Source: an uncultured Chloroflexia bacterium (GTDB lineage: Bacteria > Chloroflexota > UBA6077 > JACCZL01). Taken from it: a stretch of DNA of 64,000 bases. A program made the translations under genes and the position numbers. Below, piece after piece: positions 30,255-41,064 of this stretch. The notes under the pieces were generated by a model, which was not told where the DNA came from, ran no database searches, and saw only the letters and a list, made by a program, of their open reading frames with translations. Positions within the stretch are counted from its first letter, which is position 1, and every line of letters begins with the position of its first letter. The stretch is from contig CAVXYC010000026.1 of NCBI GenBank assembly GCA_963765765.1, positions 28,030 to 92,029 of the forward strand, given 5' to 3'.

Positions 30255-31472
30255 CTAGGCCGAGTGCGTCGCTGTGTTGTGGTTGTGCAGCGTCTCCTTG
30301 ATCAGAAAGGCAACCATTGCTGCCCCACCGAGACTGCACACGGCAAGGAACGAGAAGGCGATGGGCGACCCGGCATGCTCAGTGAGCAAGCCGAATATCG
30401 CCGGGCTCAGGAATAGGCCGAATTGGCCGAGCGTATTCCAGACTCCGAAGAACTTACCTCGGGCATGCGCTGGCGCCACGTCTGATCCGAGAGTCTGCAT
30501 GGAGCCGCCGGTAAGGGCTTGCGTGAGACCCATGCCGATGAGTGCAACGACGAAATAGCTGAACGGCAAGTTCATGGCGGTGATGATGGCCATGAGCGCA
30601 ATCGATAGCCCCAGAAGGGTGAAGCCGGGTACCACTGTCGCTTTGCGGCCGAAGCGATCCATGATGTGGCCGGCCAGGATCGTAACCGGGATTCCAACCG
30701 CGCTAACCGCCGCGGCCATCAGACCGACAGTCGCTGCGTCGATGTCGTATGCGTAGACGGCGTAAAAGTTCATTGATCCGCCGAACAGCGCGCCGCGCGA
30801 AAGAGACGTCAAGAAGTACGTGGCGAAGAGCACCATGATGGGAAAGGTGAGGAACGAGAGGTAGATTGAGCGCGTGGACATCCCTGCTGCTCTCGCCTCT
30901 TCCTGATTCGCCTGGCGGGAGGACGTTTCCGTCATGCGAAGACTGGGTATGACGGCGAGCAGTGAGAGCAATGCGTGAACGTAGAACGGAATCCTGACAT
31001 CCCAGACGGCTGCCAGAAGACCGCCGAGCGCTGGACCGACCAGGCGACCGGCATTGTCGAAGCTGAAGAGCGTCGTAATCTGGCGACCCCTTGAGCCCCC
31101 GCCCGCATCGGCGATCATGGTGATGCGACCCATGGTCCACATGCCCGTTGCCCAGCCGTTGACGAAGCGCCAGAACAAGAGCTCCGGAAATGAGCCGGCA
31201 GTCGCGGTAAGCACCGAGCTGATCGCACTCAATATTGGACCGGCGATGATGACCTTTCGGCGCCCAACTCGATCGATCAAGAAGCCGGTAGGGACGGAAC
31301 AGAGCGCGGTGCCTGCGAGCTGCAGAACGATAACCAACGACGCGGCTCCGAACGAGATATCAAACGACTTGGCAAACACCGGGAGCGCGGGCGTGGCCAC
31401 CCCTGTGCCCAGGGCCAGAATAAAGGCCGGCACATACACCGAATAGAACGATCCCTGGGCAATGCCCCGCAT
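30255..31472 (-). CDS. MFS transporter
   Basis: GFLIDRVGRRKV and GHIMDRFGRK motif A repeats; start at MRGIAQ after GGGGGGA. Confidence 0.92.
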   Translation of the reverse strand: MRGIAQGSFYSVYVPAFILALGTGVATPALPVFAKSFDISFGAASLVIVLQLAGTALCSVPTGFLIDRVGRRKVIIAGPILSAISSVLTATAGSFPELLFWRFVNGWATGMWTMGRITMIADAGGGSRGRQITTLFSFDNAGRLVGPALGGLLAAVWDVRIPFYVHALLSLLAVIPSLRMTETSSRQANQEEARAAGMSTRSIYLSFLTFPIMVLFATYFLTSLSRGALFGGSMNFYAVYAYDIDAATVGLMAAAVSAVGIPVTILAGHIMDRFGRKATVVPGFTLLGLSIALMAIITAMNLPFSYFVVALIGMGLTQALTGGSMQTLGSDVAPAHARGKFFGVWNTLGQFGLFLSPAIFGLLTEHAGSPIAFSFLAVCSLGGAAMVAFLIKETLHNHNTATHSA

Positions 31473-31661
31473 GGTCCCCCCGTTAGGAAACTGATCATAC
31501 AAGCCCCTAACGAGGGCGCATGCTCGGCCCTCGAAGTGAGACTGCGGTGCAGGTCGTGAGTGCTCAAGCACGCACGACATGCATTGGGCCGCGCGACGCG
31601 GCGCGAGCGGGTCACATTGCCGACCCCTCATCCGTTTGTTATCCTCGCGACGTGCTCCTTT

Positions 31662-31746
31662 GGGGGAGTGGCGGAATTGGCAGACGCGCATGACTTAGGA
31701 TCATGTTCCGCAAGGAGTGGGGGTTCGAGTCCCCCCTTCCCCACCA
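31662..31746 (+). tRNA. tRNA-Leu (anticodon TAG)
   Basis: Acceptor GGGGGAG/CTTCCCC-ACCA, D arm GCGGAATTGGCAGACGC, anticodon arm CATGA-CTTAGGA-TCATG, long variable arm, T arm GGGGG-TTCGAGT-CCCCC. Confidence 0.97.
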
Positions 31747-31782
31747 GGCAGTCCGTCTCGACGCTTGCCGTCGACACACCGT

Positions 31783-33080
31783 ATGCGATTTCTCACCCTT
31801 CTCTTCGTTCTCCTTCTGTCAGCGTGCCAGGTTAGCGCTCCTCCTCCGAGCGCCACGCCCACCACTAAGCCTTCTACGCCGATTCCGGCTCCTCCGAGCG
31901 CCACGCCCACCAGTCAGCCTTCTACGCCGATTCCGACTACTCCGACCGTCCTTCCCACGGCGCCGCCTACGAGCACAGTGCCACCAACGCTGACGCCCCT
32001 GCCCACCGCGACGCCGGTGCCGGTCGCCATCGAGCGAGTCGCCAGTCCAACGCACACCGTACACACGTTCCTCTGGGGTAACGCGGCCACCACAGCCCGA
32101 GACCTACGGTTAGCGCGCGATGCCGGCTTCACGGCTATCAAGCAGCGCTTTGAGTGGCGCTACGTGGAGGGACAGCGTCAAGGTCTTTATGAATGGAATG
32201 AGCCTGATCGCATTGTTAAAGCGGCTGAGGACGCTAGGTCTCGAGATCATTGCGCGGGTTGACAATCAACCAAGCTGGGCGCGCGGCGACCGTTTATTCC
32301 CCGGCTCAGGGCCGCCGGATGATCTGGACGATTGGCGAATATTTTTGGAGCGGCTCGCGGCCCGCTACAAGGGCCGCATTCAGGCCTATCAGATCTGGAA
32401 TGAGCCCAATCTGGACCGCGAATGGGGCAATCGAGCGCCGAATGCTGAGGAATACGTGGAGCTCCTGCGCGTGGCGCATCAGGCCATCAAGAAGCTCAGA
32501 CCCGGACGCTCTTGTTATCTCCGCCGGCTTGTCTCCCACAACCGAGGTCAGCGAGCGCGCGCGAGCGGACGATGTGTTCATGCGAGAAATGTACGCCGCC
32601 GGGCTCAAGGAGGTAACTGACCTCGTTGGCGTGCATGGCGCCGGATTCAAAGCAGAACCTGAGGCTGATCCAGACATTGTCGCGCAGCGCTCGGACCTGA
32701 CCAACAATGACCCAACCTCGCCGGAGCTACGCCGCATCTACGCATTTCGACACGTCGAAGACATCCGGCAGATTCTGATTGAGAATGGTGATGCCACCAA
32801 GCAGCTCGCGATACTCGAGATGGGCTGGACCAGCGACCCGAGACCTGGCTCGCCGTATGCCTGGCACAGCGTCTCTGAGGACACCAAGGGCGAGTACATC
32901 GTGCGTGCTCTCAAGCTGGCGGCGGAGCGTTGGCGTCCGTGGATGGGCTACATGACGGTCATTTATTTGCCGGAGACTCGCTGGACTCGAAATGATGAGC
33001 AGTACTGGTGGAGCTTCACCGACACGGATGGCGCTCCCCGCGCTGTCCTACCGGGCGATTCAGCGTGCCTCAGTGAGATA
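31783..33080 (+). CDS. Lipoprotein with Pro/Thr linker and clan GH-A glycoside hydrolase domain (GH5/GH39-like); several frameshifts, end approximate
   Basis: LSAC lipobox, KQRFEW, YQIWNEPNL (acid/base), ILEMGW (nucleophile), across ORFs 31717.., 32120.. and 32250... Confidence 0.85.
31841..31935 (+). repeat. 48-bp tandem duplication in Pro/Thr linker
   Basis: Two copies of CTCCTCCGAGCGCCACGCCCACCA(CTA/GTC)AGCCTTCTACGCCGATTCCG. Confidence 0.9.
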
Positions 33081-33125
33081 GGAGCGCCGCTGCGAGCGGT
33101 CTCACTTCGCCTGATGTTTGACAAC

Positions 33126-33166
33126 AACGAAGCGCCACGCTCATGTGCAGAGCGGGGCGCTTCGTT
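33126..33166. terminator. Stem-loop after the glycoside hydrolase gene
   Basis: AACGAAGCGCCACGCTC / GAGCGGGGCGCTTCGTT inverted repeat. Confidence 0.6.
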
Positions 33167-33311
33167 CCGGTTCTGAGATTCCGAACCGGAAAGCAGCAAA
33201 GATGTATGCAACTGAATCCAGATCTCTCCGTTCGCCGTATAGCGTCCCGTATGGCGGGCGGATGCCCGGTGCCCGCTGAATTCACGTGGCCGAATTGAGG
33301 AGGTGATTTTT

Positions 33312-33819
33312 ATGCGATTGAATGGATTGAAGGTGATGTATTCCGCTGCCGCCGCAGTTGCGCTTACAGCATCGCTGAGTCTGGCTGTCACGCCCTCAGC
33401 TAGCGCCAGAGAGATCATGGTGACGATCGTCGATCAGGAGGCGCCGGCGAGTGCCCGGGAATCCCGAGCAGGGAGCATGGGGTTATTCGCCATTCCACGT
33501 CGACGCCGTGAAAGGCGACACGATTACGTTCATGCAGAGCGAGAACGCGTTTCGCCCGCACACCGTGACCTCAATCAGTTGGACCGGTCAGGCGCCTACG
33601 CGAGAGCTGGCCTCTGCCACCACATTCGATTCCTCCCCATCTCAGGCCGAGTATCTCCAGAAGGGCATGACGTGGACACTTGACACATCAAGTCTCGATC
33701 CAGGTCACATCCTTTACTACTGCACCATCCATCCTTGGATGGTCGGCACTGTTTCTCTCACCGCCCCTGATGCTGAGTCACCAACCACAGCGGACGTCGA
33801 GTCCTCTGCCGCGCAGTAA
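33312..33819 (+). CDS. Secreted cupredoxin (plastocyanin/azurin family; frameshift near 33460)
   Basis: GAGGAGGT RBS, signal peptide ending ASA, PHTVT and YYCTIHPWMVG type-1 copper ligands. Confidence 0.88.
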
Positions 33820-33837
33820 ATAGTTTCGTGGGCGTAT

Positions 33838-33876
33838 TGACAAGAGCCGCGCAATAAGCGCGGCTCTTGTCATTTT
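33838..33876 (+). terminator. Intrinsic terminator
   Basis: TGACAAGAGCCGCGC...GCGCGGCTCTTGTCA followed by TTTT. Confidence 0.8.
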
Positions 33877-33889
33877 CATCGTCCTATAG

Positions 33890-34326
33890 CCCCTTGGCAG
33901 AGGGCTGGCGACAGTCTCGATACTCCTTCCCCAGACGCGGCTACTGAATCTCAACCGTAGTCCCGGGCGCTGCGCACTGGGCCAACGCTCTGGGGACTGG
34001 GACGCGAAGATGGCCACGAATCGAGAGATACCGCCCTCGGCCATCGCTTCACGCTACTGGATCAGCCTGGTTAAGACCTGCCTGAGGCCGCGCATCTGGC
34101 GCGTTCTCAATGATGACGGCAATCGGCCGTGTCGAAGAAGAGACCGTGGTATTGCTAGGGGAAATCCGCGAAGTGGATGTTGGCGTGGATGCCTTGACAA
34201 GCGAGTCGAGCACCGTTGAGCGCTGATCGCTCCGACGCTCTGATGTCGGCGAGGCCCCGGGCGAGAGCGGCTTTGGCACGCAACCGAGCAGGAACGGAAG
34301 CAAGTAGAGCGTGCAAAGGATGGCAT
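33890..34326 (-). pseudogene. DUF3048 (YerB-like) lipoprotein remnant
   Basis: RPIAVIIENAPDARPQAGLNQAD and AEGGISRFVAIF...PVRSARDY fragments, frameshifted and C-terminally truncated. Confidence 0.75.
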
Positions 34327-34366
34327 GAGCTCGGTCAATGGTGTGCCGCTGACATTGGTCTCCTTG

Positions 34367-35662
34367 TTATTGTCGGCTGTCCGTAGCGATTGTCCCGCTG
34401 CGCCTGCCCGCGGCGTTGAGCGCCATGACTATCAACACCGCCAGAGTCAGGACGATACCTTCGGCCACAACCGTGGCCCGAGCACCGATCTGTTCAGAAA
34501 GCCAGGCTAGTGGCAGCGAGGCAATCGGCATGATCGCGAAGGTCATGCCGTAGACGGCTACGACTCGACCAAAATACGCACGATCCGTTTGAGCCAAAAT
34601 GAGCGCATTGTTCAACGCAATGAATGCGGCCGAGACTGCCCCGGCGATGAATATCAGCACGGTCGCGCTGATGATCCCCGGTGCCAGTCCGAACATTACC
34701 AGGAAAACCCCGAATCCAAGCCCCGTGGCGTTCTGCAGCCAGTCCGCTTTTGCTGATGCGGCGAATGGACCGACTGCCAGCGATCCAACGAGTGCGCCGA
34801 TTCCCAGAGCGGACAACAGCATGCCCAGCCCCGGCGCACCAACATCAAACACCCTCTCGGAAAAGACCGGCATGAGCTGTTGGAACGGCAGCCCGAAGAG
34901 CGAGCCCGCAAATGCCAGACCAATGAGCTCGAAGAGTCTCCTCGAGCTTGCAATGTATCGTAGGCCCCCGATGTACTGGTCCCAACCGCTTTGCGAGGTC
35001 GGTGGAGGTGGCGGCGCCTCGCCTCGCCGGTGGCTTGGTAATCCGACTATGACAGGCAGCACCACTGCATAGATCAGAGTCATGAAGGCAAAGACGCTGG
35101 CGACCCCGATGCTTTCGATGGACATGAGGGCGCTGGCAAGTGCGGGCCCGAGAATGCGGCTTAAATTGATACCGACGTTGAATAGCGCCATCGCATTCGG
35201 CAAGAGTTTTGGACCGGCCAACTCCGCCAGGAAGGATTGTCGAGTGGGCCCGCCGAAGGCGAAGAGGACGCCCTGAGTGAGTCCGAGCGCCACCAGGTGC
35301 CAGACTTCGAGCCGGTCGGCGAAACCCAGTCCCGCGATCGCGGCGGCCGCAGCCCCCAGCAGAAACTGCGTAACTAGTAGGACCGCTTTGCGATTGAATC
35401 GGTCCGCGATGATGCCGCCAACCATTAGGAGCAGGAACATGGAGATGCCGGGCGCGGCTCCGGCCAAGCCCATGGCCGTCGCCGATCCTGAAATAGTCAG
35501 AGCGGCGTAGCTACTGGCCACGGTTGACATGCTGAATGCGAGCTGCGAGGGAACAAGCGATAGCCACGCGTTCCGAACGTCTCGATCCGCCAGTGACGGA
35601 TACCAGCGCGTCAGCAGGAATCGAGATTGGTGCGTGGGCCCAGGAGCCTCTCGTGTTGTCAC
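34367..35662 (-). CDS. MFS transporter (DHA3-like)
   Basis: GGIIADRFNRK, PTRQSFL, ILGPALA, YFGRV. Confidence 0.9.
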   Translation of the reverse strand: MTTREAPGPTHQSRFLLTRWYPSLADRDVRNAWLSLVPSQLAFSMSTVASSYAALTISGSATAMGLAGAAPGISMFLLLMVGGIIADRFNRKAVLLVTQFLLGAAAAAIAGLGFADRLEVWHLVALGLTQGVLFAFGGPTRQSFLAELAGPKLLPNAMALFNVGINLSRILGPALASALMSIESIGVASVFAFMTLIYAVVLPVIVGLPSHRRGEAPPPPPTSQSGWDQYIGGLRYIASSRRLFELIGLAFAGSLFGLPFQQLMPVFSERVFDVGAPGLGMLLSALGIGALVGSLAVGPFAASAKADWLQNATGLGFGVFLVMFGLAPGIISATVLIFIAGAVSAAFIALNNALILAQTDRAYFGRVVAVYGMTFAIMPIASLPLAWLSEQIGARATVVAEGIVLTLAVLIVMALNAAGRRSGTIATDSRQ

Positions 35663-35810
35663 GGGGCCATTATCGGTCCCCGGCGTGCGGCCATGCGGCG
35701 GGCCTGAGCGGTTTGTCTCGAAAGAATCGAATGGAGCTAGCCCGGCTGGTAGCGCGGGATGATTCCGCTACCAGCTGCACCTACCCAGCGGTTGTACCTT
35801 AAGACGCTTG

Positions 35811-37302
35811 CTAGCTCGGTGGCTTCGCCTGCAGGCGCGTGAAGTAGTCCAGGCCTTGCTCGATCTCCGTTCGGTAGCGGTCGCGAATATCACGCAATAG
35901 ATCGTGGAACTCGAGCTCCACCCGAACGGAAGAGAGCGTGCGGATCGGCTGAAAGGTGTAGACGATCGTGCGTCCCGGAATCAGGTAATCGTAGGATTGG
36001 GTTGGGTCGCTCGCCTGATGATTGGGGTCGCGCGCTGACGGGAAGGGCTGCAGATCGCTCGGCTGGCCGGGGCCCCACTTCACTGGTGGATCAGACTCAG
36101 GCGCAAGCCGCTGGTAGATGGCGCTCCAGCGCTCGTTTTCCCGAAGCTGGAACGGATCGCGCTTGCCTCGAGCATCATCCGGGCCGGTTTTGTAGAACAC
36201 GTTCACGGAACCGTCGCGATTGAGCTCGAGTCGAAACACTCGACCATCCATTGAGCTCACCAATCCCGGTTCGGTCGCCGATGGCATCCTCTATGGCGAG
36301 CACCCGGGCATTGGCGTCCGCCTGGAATACGGCGCGGGTAAGGTGGGTTTTTCCTGACTCCACGACTTGCTCCAGACGAAACGCACGCGGCCAGGCTTCG
36401 CGGACAGGATCGAGGTGCTGTACCGTTCGGTCGATCTGGATGGTCGTTGCTTCGCCAGGGCGTAGCGTGGCAGCGAGACCGCGAATTGCCTCCATCTGAA
36501 AAATATCCGGGTCTGGCACGCGGTAGATGAGCTGAGCCAAACGTAGAATGTCGGTTTTACCGTTCCCAAGCAGATAGGCTAGATCAGGATGGAGCTGGAT
36601 GGTAGCGGTACCGTTGTTATCGTGTCCCGAGAACTCGTAGCGCAGCGGGAACGGATCGGTCAGGTAGTACCGAAGACGATCGCCGCGCTCACTGACGTAC
36701 TCACGCAATGTGGCAGGTTGACCGAGCTGCTCGTCTCGCTCCTCTTGCCATCGAACTAGGAACGTATCAGCGGGTAGTGGGAGCATGAACTCGTCGCCGG
36801 GCTGGATCGAGGAGGGCGTGCGGTTCGGATTGGAGTTGAAGTACGCCTCCGCGACGTAGGCAGCCGATGTTTTTCCATCGACGTAAAACAGCGGCGTGAG
36901 CTTGCTCGTTGCAACCTGGTATGGGTGGCCGCCGTTCACAATCCGAATGTGAAAAAGCATCTGGCCGGATGCATCCGTACCCGCGGACTCAAATTCGAAT
37001 CCTTCGGTCGGCTGGCGCGGCGGGAGCTCCTGCGGCGATTGCGTCATAGCGGTAGTGCTTTGGGCCGCGGCGGGACGCGCAACCGCGCCCCGGTCGAGCA
37101 TTCGCGGTGCGAGGCGCGCTAGGTCATCCGCGTCGCGGCAGCCGCTGATGACGAGCGCGCATGCCAGGGTCACCATTACACCAGCCTGCCACCGGATGCG
37201 ACGGAAGCAGTCGTGGGGCCGCGAGCGTCCGGTCCTTCCCCGGTGGTCCAATCGCCCTGGCCGGGACGCCCGCAGCCCCGGGACTGGTTCGCCGCGTGTC
37301 AC
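35811..37302 (-). CDS. Hypothetical exported protein or lipoprotein with LysM-like segment (frameshift near 36250)
   Basis: GTGA overlap with the PBP stop; hydrophobic segment ending ISGC; NPNRTPSSIQPGDEFMLP; ORFs 36175..37314 and 35811..36287. Confidence 0.7.
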
Positions 37303-39311
37303 GGCGCCATCCAATTCATATCCAGGAGACCACGACCGCTTTGCTCTGCGAGGAAGACTTCCTCATGGTCAGGGGAGCCCGGCCTTGTCCCGCCAACGTT
37401 GGGGATGCGGGTCACGACAATCCCGTCAGGCTGTTCAAACGGAATTGGCGAGTAGTTGAAATGATCTGCGAGCGTTTGCACCGTCTCCACCCAGATCTTG
37501 CCCGCCGTAAGAGAGCTCGAAAGCTTCTGCATCGGCTCGTTGTTTGTGTTGCCCATCCACACGCCAACGCACACCTGCGGAAGACACCCAATGGTCCAGG
37601 TGTCCCGATAGTCGTCCGTGGTGCCGGTTTTCATCATGTGCGGTCGAGCGAGATTGAGTGGTGACTGAGCACCGAATGTGACCTGACGGGCGCCCGAGTC
37701 GCCCATGACATGGAGAAGCTGATAGGCGATTCGTGGGTCCACGATCTGCCGTGACTCGCGCGTATCTAAGCCTGAGTAGAAGACATCGCCACGCGATGAC
37801 TGCACGCCCAGAAGCGACTCAACAGGCTTATAAGCGCCCAATCGACTGATGGCAGCGTAGGCATTCGTAAGCTCCACAAGACGGACCTCACCTCCACCGA
37901 GCGTGAGCGAGAGCCATTGCGGGTCCCAACCATCCAGTGTTGTGATGCCGAATCGGTCTGCAAGGTCCTTGAACGCTGGCACGCCAACGTATTTCAGCAC
38001 CTTGACGGCGGGCACGTTGAGGCTATTTCCGAGGGCATCACGCAGTGTGACCTGCCCGTAGTACTTGTCCTCGTAATTCTTGGGCATGTACGGCGGCTGG
38101 CCAAGAGGCGCGCTAAATTCCGTGATCCGATCAGCGGTCTCAACGGCCGGAGTCAATCCCTTCTCGAACCCTGTGAGGAAGACGAGCGGCTTGATGGACG
38201 AGCCTGGTTGGCGGCCCGCAATGGCCACATTGACCTGTCCTGCAACACTCTGATCCCAGAAATTTTTGCTGCCCACCATGGCCAGAACCTGGCTGGTGGT
38301 CGGATCGATGACGACCATTGCAGAGTTGTTCGCCTTTGCCTGGATCCGGACGTCCTCATTGCGCGCCACGATGTCTTCAGCAATGGACTGGACCACGGGA
38401 TCGAGCGTCGTATTAATGCGCAAGCCGCTCGTGTAGAGGGCATCCGGGCCAAAACGAGAGCGGCTCATATCGGCGATGTAGTTCACCCAATGCTGAAACC
38501 GAGTCTCGGGCATGACTGGTTCGTCCAGCTCGATGCGCGCCGAGACGGCCATCTGGGCCTGCTCAGGTGTCAGAAATTCAGCTTGCTGCATGAGCTCGAT
38601 GACGTGCGCTTGCCGCTTCTTCGCCTGATCGAAACGAACTAGCGGATCGTACGCGGTAGGCGATTGGGGGAGGCCTGCCAGCAGCGCGGCCTCCGCGATG
38701 CTCAGCGATTTTGCCGACTTTCCAAAGTACCGCTGCGCCGCAGCCTCGGCGCCATATGCCTGGTTTCCGTAATAGACGGAGTTGAGATACGTCTCGATGA
38801 CCTCAGCCTTTGAGGCGCGCTCATCCAGCTGTTGGGCGGCCACAGCCTCACGCACCTTGCGCGAGAGTGTTTGCTCCAGCTTTTCGTCCGGCATGTACAG
38901 GTTTCGGATGAGCTGCATCTCCAAGGTGCTTGCTCCGGACGCCAGTCCGTCACTTGTGGCGTTCTGGACAAGCGCTCGCAGGAACCCAATCGGATCAACG
39001 CCAGTGTGGTTAAAGAACCGCCTATCTTCGGCGGCGACGGTTGCCAGGACGAGGTAGGGCGACATCTGTGTAAGGGGCACCACCAGGCGCCGCCCGTACT
39101 GGACGTCGTTGATCTCGGCCAGGGTGGAACCGTCGCGGGCCATGATCATGCTGGTTTGCGGGATACCTTGATCCAGGGGGCCGGTCGCGGGGATGGCTGG
39201 GGCACCGCGCGAAAGTTGGGTTTGAATTCCTGAAACGAATGAATTCGTCCGTGTGGGAAGTGATTGGCACGAAGACACGATCATGGCCGCAATAACCAGC
39301 GGGAACGCCAC
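37299..39311 (-). CDS. Class A penicillin-binding protein (transglycosylase plus transpeptidase)
   Basis: EDRRF, GASTLEMQL, RKVRE, YLN; SSIK, SLN, KTGT. N-terminus may extend upstream. Confidence 0.95.
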   Translation of the reverse strand: MAFPLVIAAMIVSSCQSLPTRTNSFVSGIQTQLSRGAPAIPATGPLDQGIPQTSMIMARDGSTLAEINDVQYGRRLVVPLTQMSPYLVLATVAAEDRRFFNHTGVDPIGFLRALVQNATSDGLASGASTLEMQLIRNLYMPDEKLEQTLSRKVREAVAAQQLDERASKAEVIETYLNSVYYGNQAYGAEAAAQRYFGKSAKSLSIAEAALLAGLPQSPTAYDPLVRFDQAKKRQAHVIELMQQAEFLTPEQAQMAVSARIELDEPVMPETRFQHWVNYIADMSRSRFGPDALYTSGLRINTTLDPVVQSIAEDIVARNEDVRIQAKANNSAMVVIDPTTSQVLAMVGSKNFWDQSVAGQVNVAIAGRQPGSSIKPLVFLTGFEKGLTPAVETADRITEFSAPLGQPPYMPKNYEDKYYGQVTLRDALGNSLNVPAVKVLKYVGVPAFKDLADRFGITTLDGWDPQWLSLTLGGGEVRLVELTNAYAAISRLGAYKPVESLLGVQSSRGDVFYSGLDTRESRQIVDPRIAYQLLHVMGDSGARQVTFGAQSPLNLARPHMMKTGTTDDYRDTWTIGCLPQVCVGVWMGNTNNEPMQKLSSSLTAGKIWVETVQTLADHFNYSPIPFEQPDGIVVTRIPNVGGTRPGSPDHEEVFLAEQSGRGLLDMNWMAP

Positions 39312-39886
39312 TATGGCGAGCAGTCGGCCCCAGCGTTCACTGGTCGAGCGGGGACGGGCTCTACGTCCAAGCCTTATACGCGCGGCCCTCGCACGGTCAC
39401 GGCTGGCCGTCGGACCCGAATCGGTCGCCAGGCGCGCCGCATAACGGGCTCGCAGCCGTTTCCTCTCCCGACTCGCGGCCGCTTCCAGCGGGGTGACCGT
39501 GCGACCAGCAGACGGGGGTAAGGCCCCTGCTTGGCGGCCATCACGCGGCGGTAGCGGGCCGCCAAACCCTCCCCGTAGCGCTACGCTGGTCAGTCTCTTG
39601 CTCCAATACTCGGCTGTACTCTACGGAAGGCCGGTTGAGACACCCGCAACAAGTGAAGTGCCCAAATCAAGCGTATGCCGAGAGACGAATTCCTGGAAGT
39701 CACCTGGCGCCTATGCAATGCAACATAGCGCCCCATCAACCGAGGCCAGATGCCAGGCACCACCGATGGTTGCGTGCCATATAGCACCCGCGTGGCCCAC
39801 CGTTAAAGGGACGGCTTCAATGTATGCGTGGCGAAAAACCAACCCGTCTGCACGAAGCGAGCCACACCGTTCCCCGCACGCCAAAA

Positions 39887-40324
39887 TTACGATTTGCTGT
39901 TGATAGTTGCACGATGTCGGACGCTGCCTACGCCGCTCAGTGTGGCAGAGACAGGGCAATAGCGCGTCGACGAAAGCTCAACTGCGCGATGGACCTTGCT
40001 CTGGTCCAGACCGCGTCCTGTGACAATGTGCTCCACGTCCACGGACGTATAGATACGCGGGTGCTCGTCCGCCTGAACGCCATGAACGCGCACTTCGTAG
40101 GCTGTGACGCCTTGACGCATCTTCCGTAATAGCGAGATGACGTCCATGCCTGTGCAGCCGGCAAGAGCTACCAGCAAGAGCTCCATGGGGCTGGCACCAT
40201 TACCGGCACCGCCGTGCTCAGGGCTAGCATCCAGCGCAAGTGTGTGGCCCGAGGGCGTGTGCCCTTCAAACGCCATGCCCGCAGGATCGAGCAGGCGAGC
40301 CGAAACGGTTCTGACTTCTGCCAC
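39887..40324 (-). CDS. OsmC/YhfA family protein
   Basis: SPMELLLVALAGCTGMDV, YCPVSATL. Confidence 0.93.
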   Translation of the reverse strand: MAEVRTVSARLLDPAGMAFEGHTPSGHTLALDASPEHGGAGNGASPMELLLVALAGCTGMDVISLLRKMRQGVTAYEVRVHGVQADEHPRIYTSVDVEHIVTGRGLDQSKVHRAVELSSTRYCPVSATLSGVGSVRHRATINSKS

Positions 40325-40347
40325 AATGAATCTCCTGTGGATGACGC

Positions 40348-40376
40348 GTGAGGCGGGTCTAGAGAACCCGCCTCAC
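40348..40376 (-). terminator. Stem-loop after the CMD gene
   Basis: GTGAGGCGGGT / ACCCGCCTCAC inverted repeat. Confidence 0.6.
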
Positions 40377-40383
40377 AGGGAAA

Positions 40384-40932
40384 CTAGACTGGAAGCTGAT
40401 CTCCGTCCGCCGGAGGCTGTAGTCCGAAGGCGTTATTGATGGCCGAGATGTACTGGTACTGACCGATGGTGGCGGTCAGCTCAACGAGCCAACGCTCGTC
40501 ATGTCGACTGAGCAGCGCATCGAATAGATCTTGTTCGACCTTGTTTGTCTGTAGAAGCTGGCGAACATAAGTGATGATGTCGCGCTCGTCTGGCTCGAGT
40601 CCGCTAACATCACCGCTATTACGCATTGCCTCAATGGCCTCCTCACGCATGCCGTGCTCTCGGCCAACTTTGACGTGGGCAGCCCATTCGTAGGCCGCGT
40701 CTTTTTCTCGCGAGACCGAAAGTACCGCTAGCTCGCGCTCCACCATCGTGAGTGTTGACTTGGTGCGCACCTGCGCGCCTGCTTCCATGACCTTCTGGGC
40801 GAGGCCCGGACTGCGCAAGAGAATGCTGAAAGGTCCGCGTACGCCATGGAGCACCTCGACGATTCTGTCGAACTCGGCGTGTTGCTCGGCTGGGATCTGG
40901 GACTTGTCGGTGATCATCTCGATTCGCGGCAC
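40384..40932 (-). CDS. Carboxymuconolactone decarboxylase (CMD/AhpD-like) family protein
   Basis: GPFSILLRSP, RELAVL, YEWAAH, LVELTATIGQY; start at GTG (VPRIE) after GGGGAG. Confidence 0.88.
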   Translation of the reverse strand: MPRIEMITDKSQIPAEQHAEFDRIVEVLHGVRGPFSILLRSPGLAQKVMEAGAQVRTKSTLTMVERELAVLSVSREKDAAYEWAAHVKVGREHGMREEAIEAMRNSGDVSGLEPDERDIITYVRQLLQTNKVEQDLFDALLSRHDERWLVELTATIGQYQYISAINNAFGLQPPADGDQLPV

Positions 40933-41064
40933 GATAGTCTCCCCTTCGATTTGTGTCCGCATTGTGACACGAGTGGAGCATGTTACGCAGCAGTTCTCGA
41001 CACCTATTTCCCCAGATGGTAGGCTGCGACCATACGCACGAGATCTCCTGGCAGGTGGCACCCA

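Noticed and set aside
31662-31746. tRNA-Leu as an integration site
   Set aside because: No integrase nearby and no duplicated tRNA 3' end was found.
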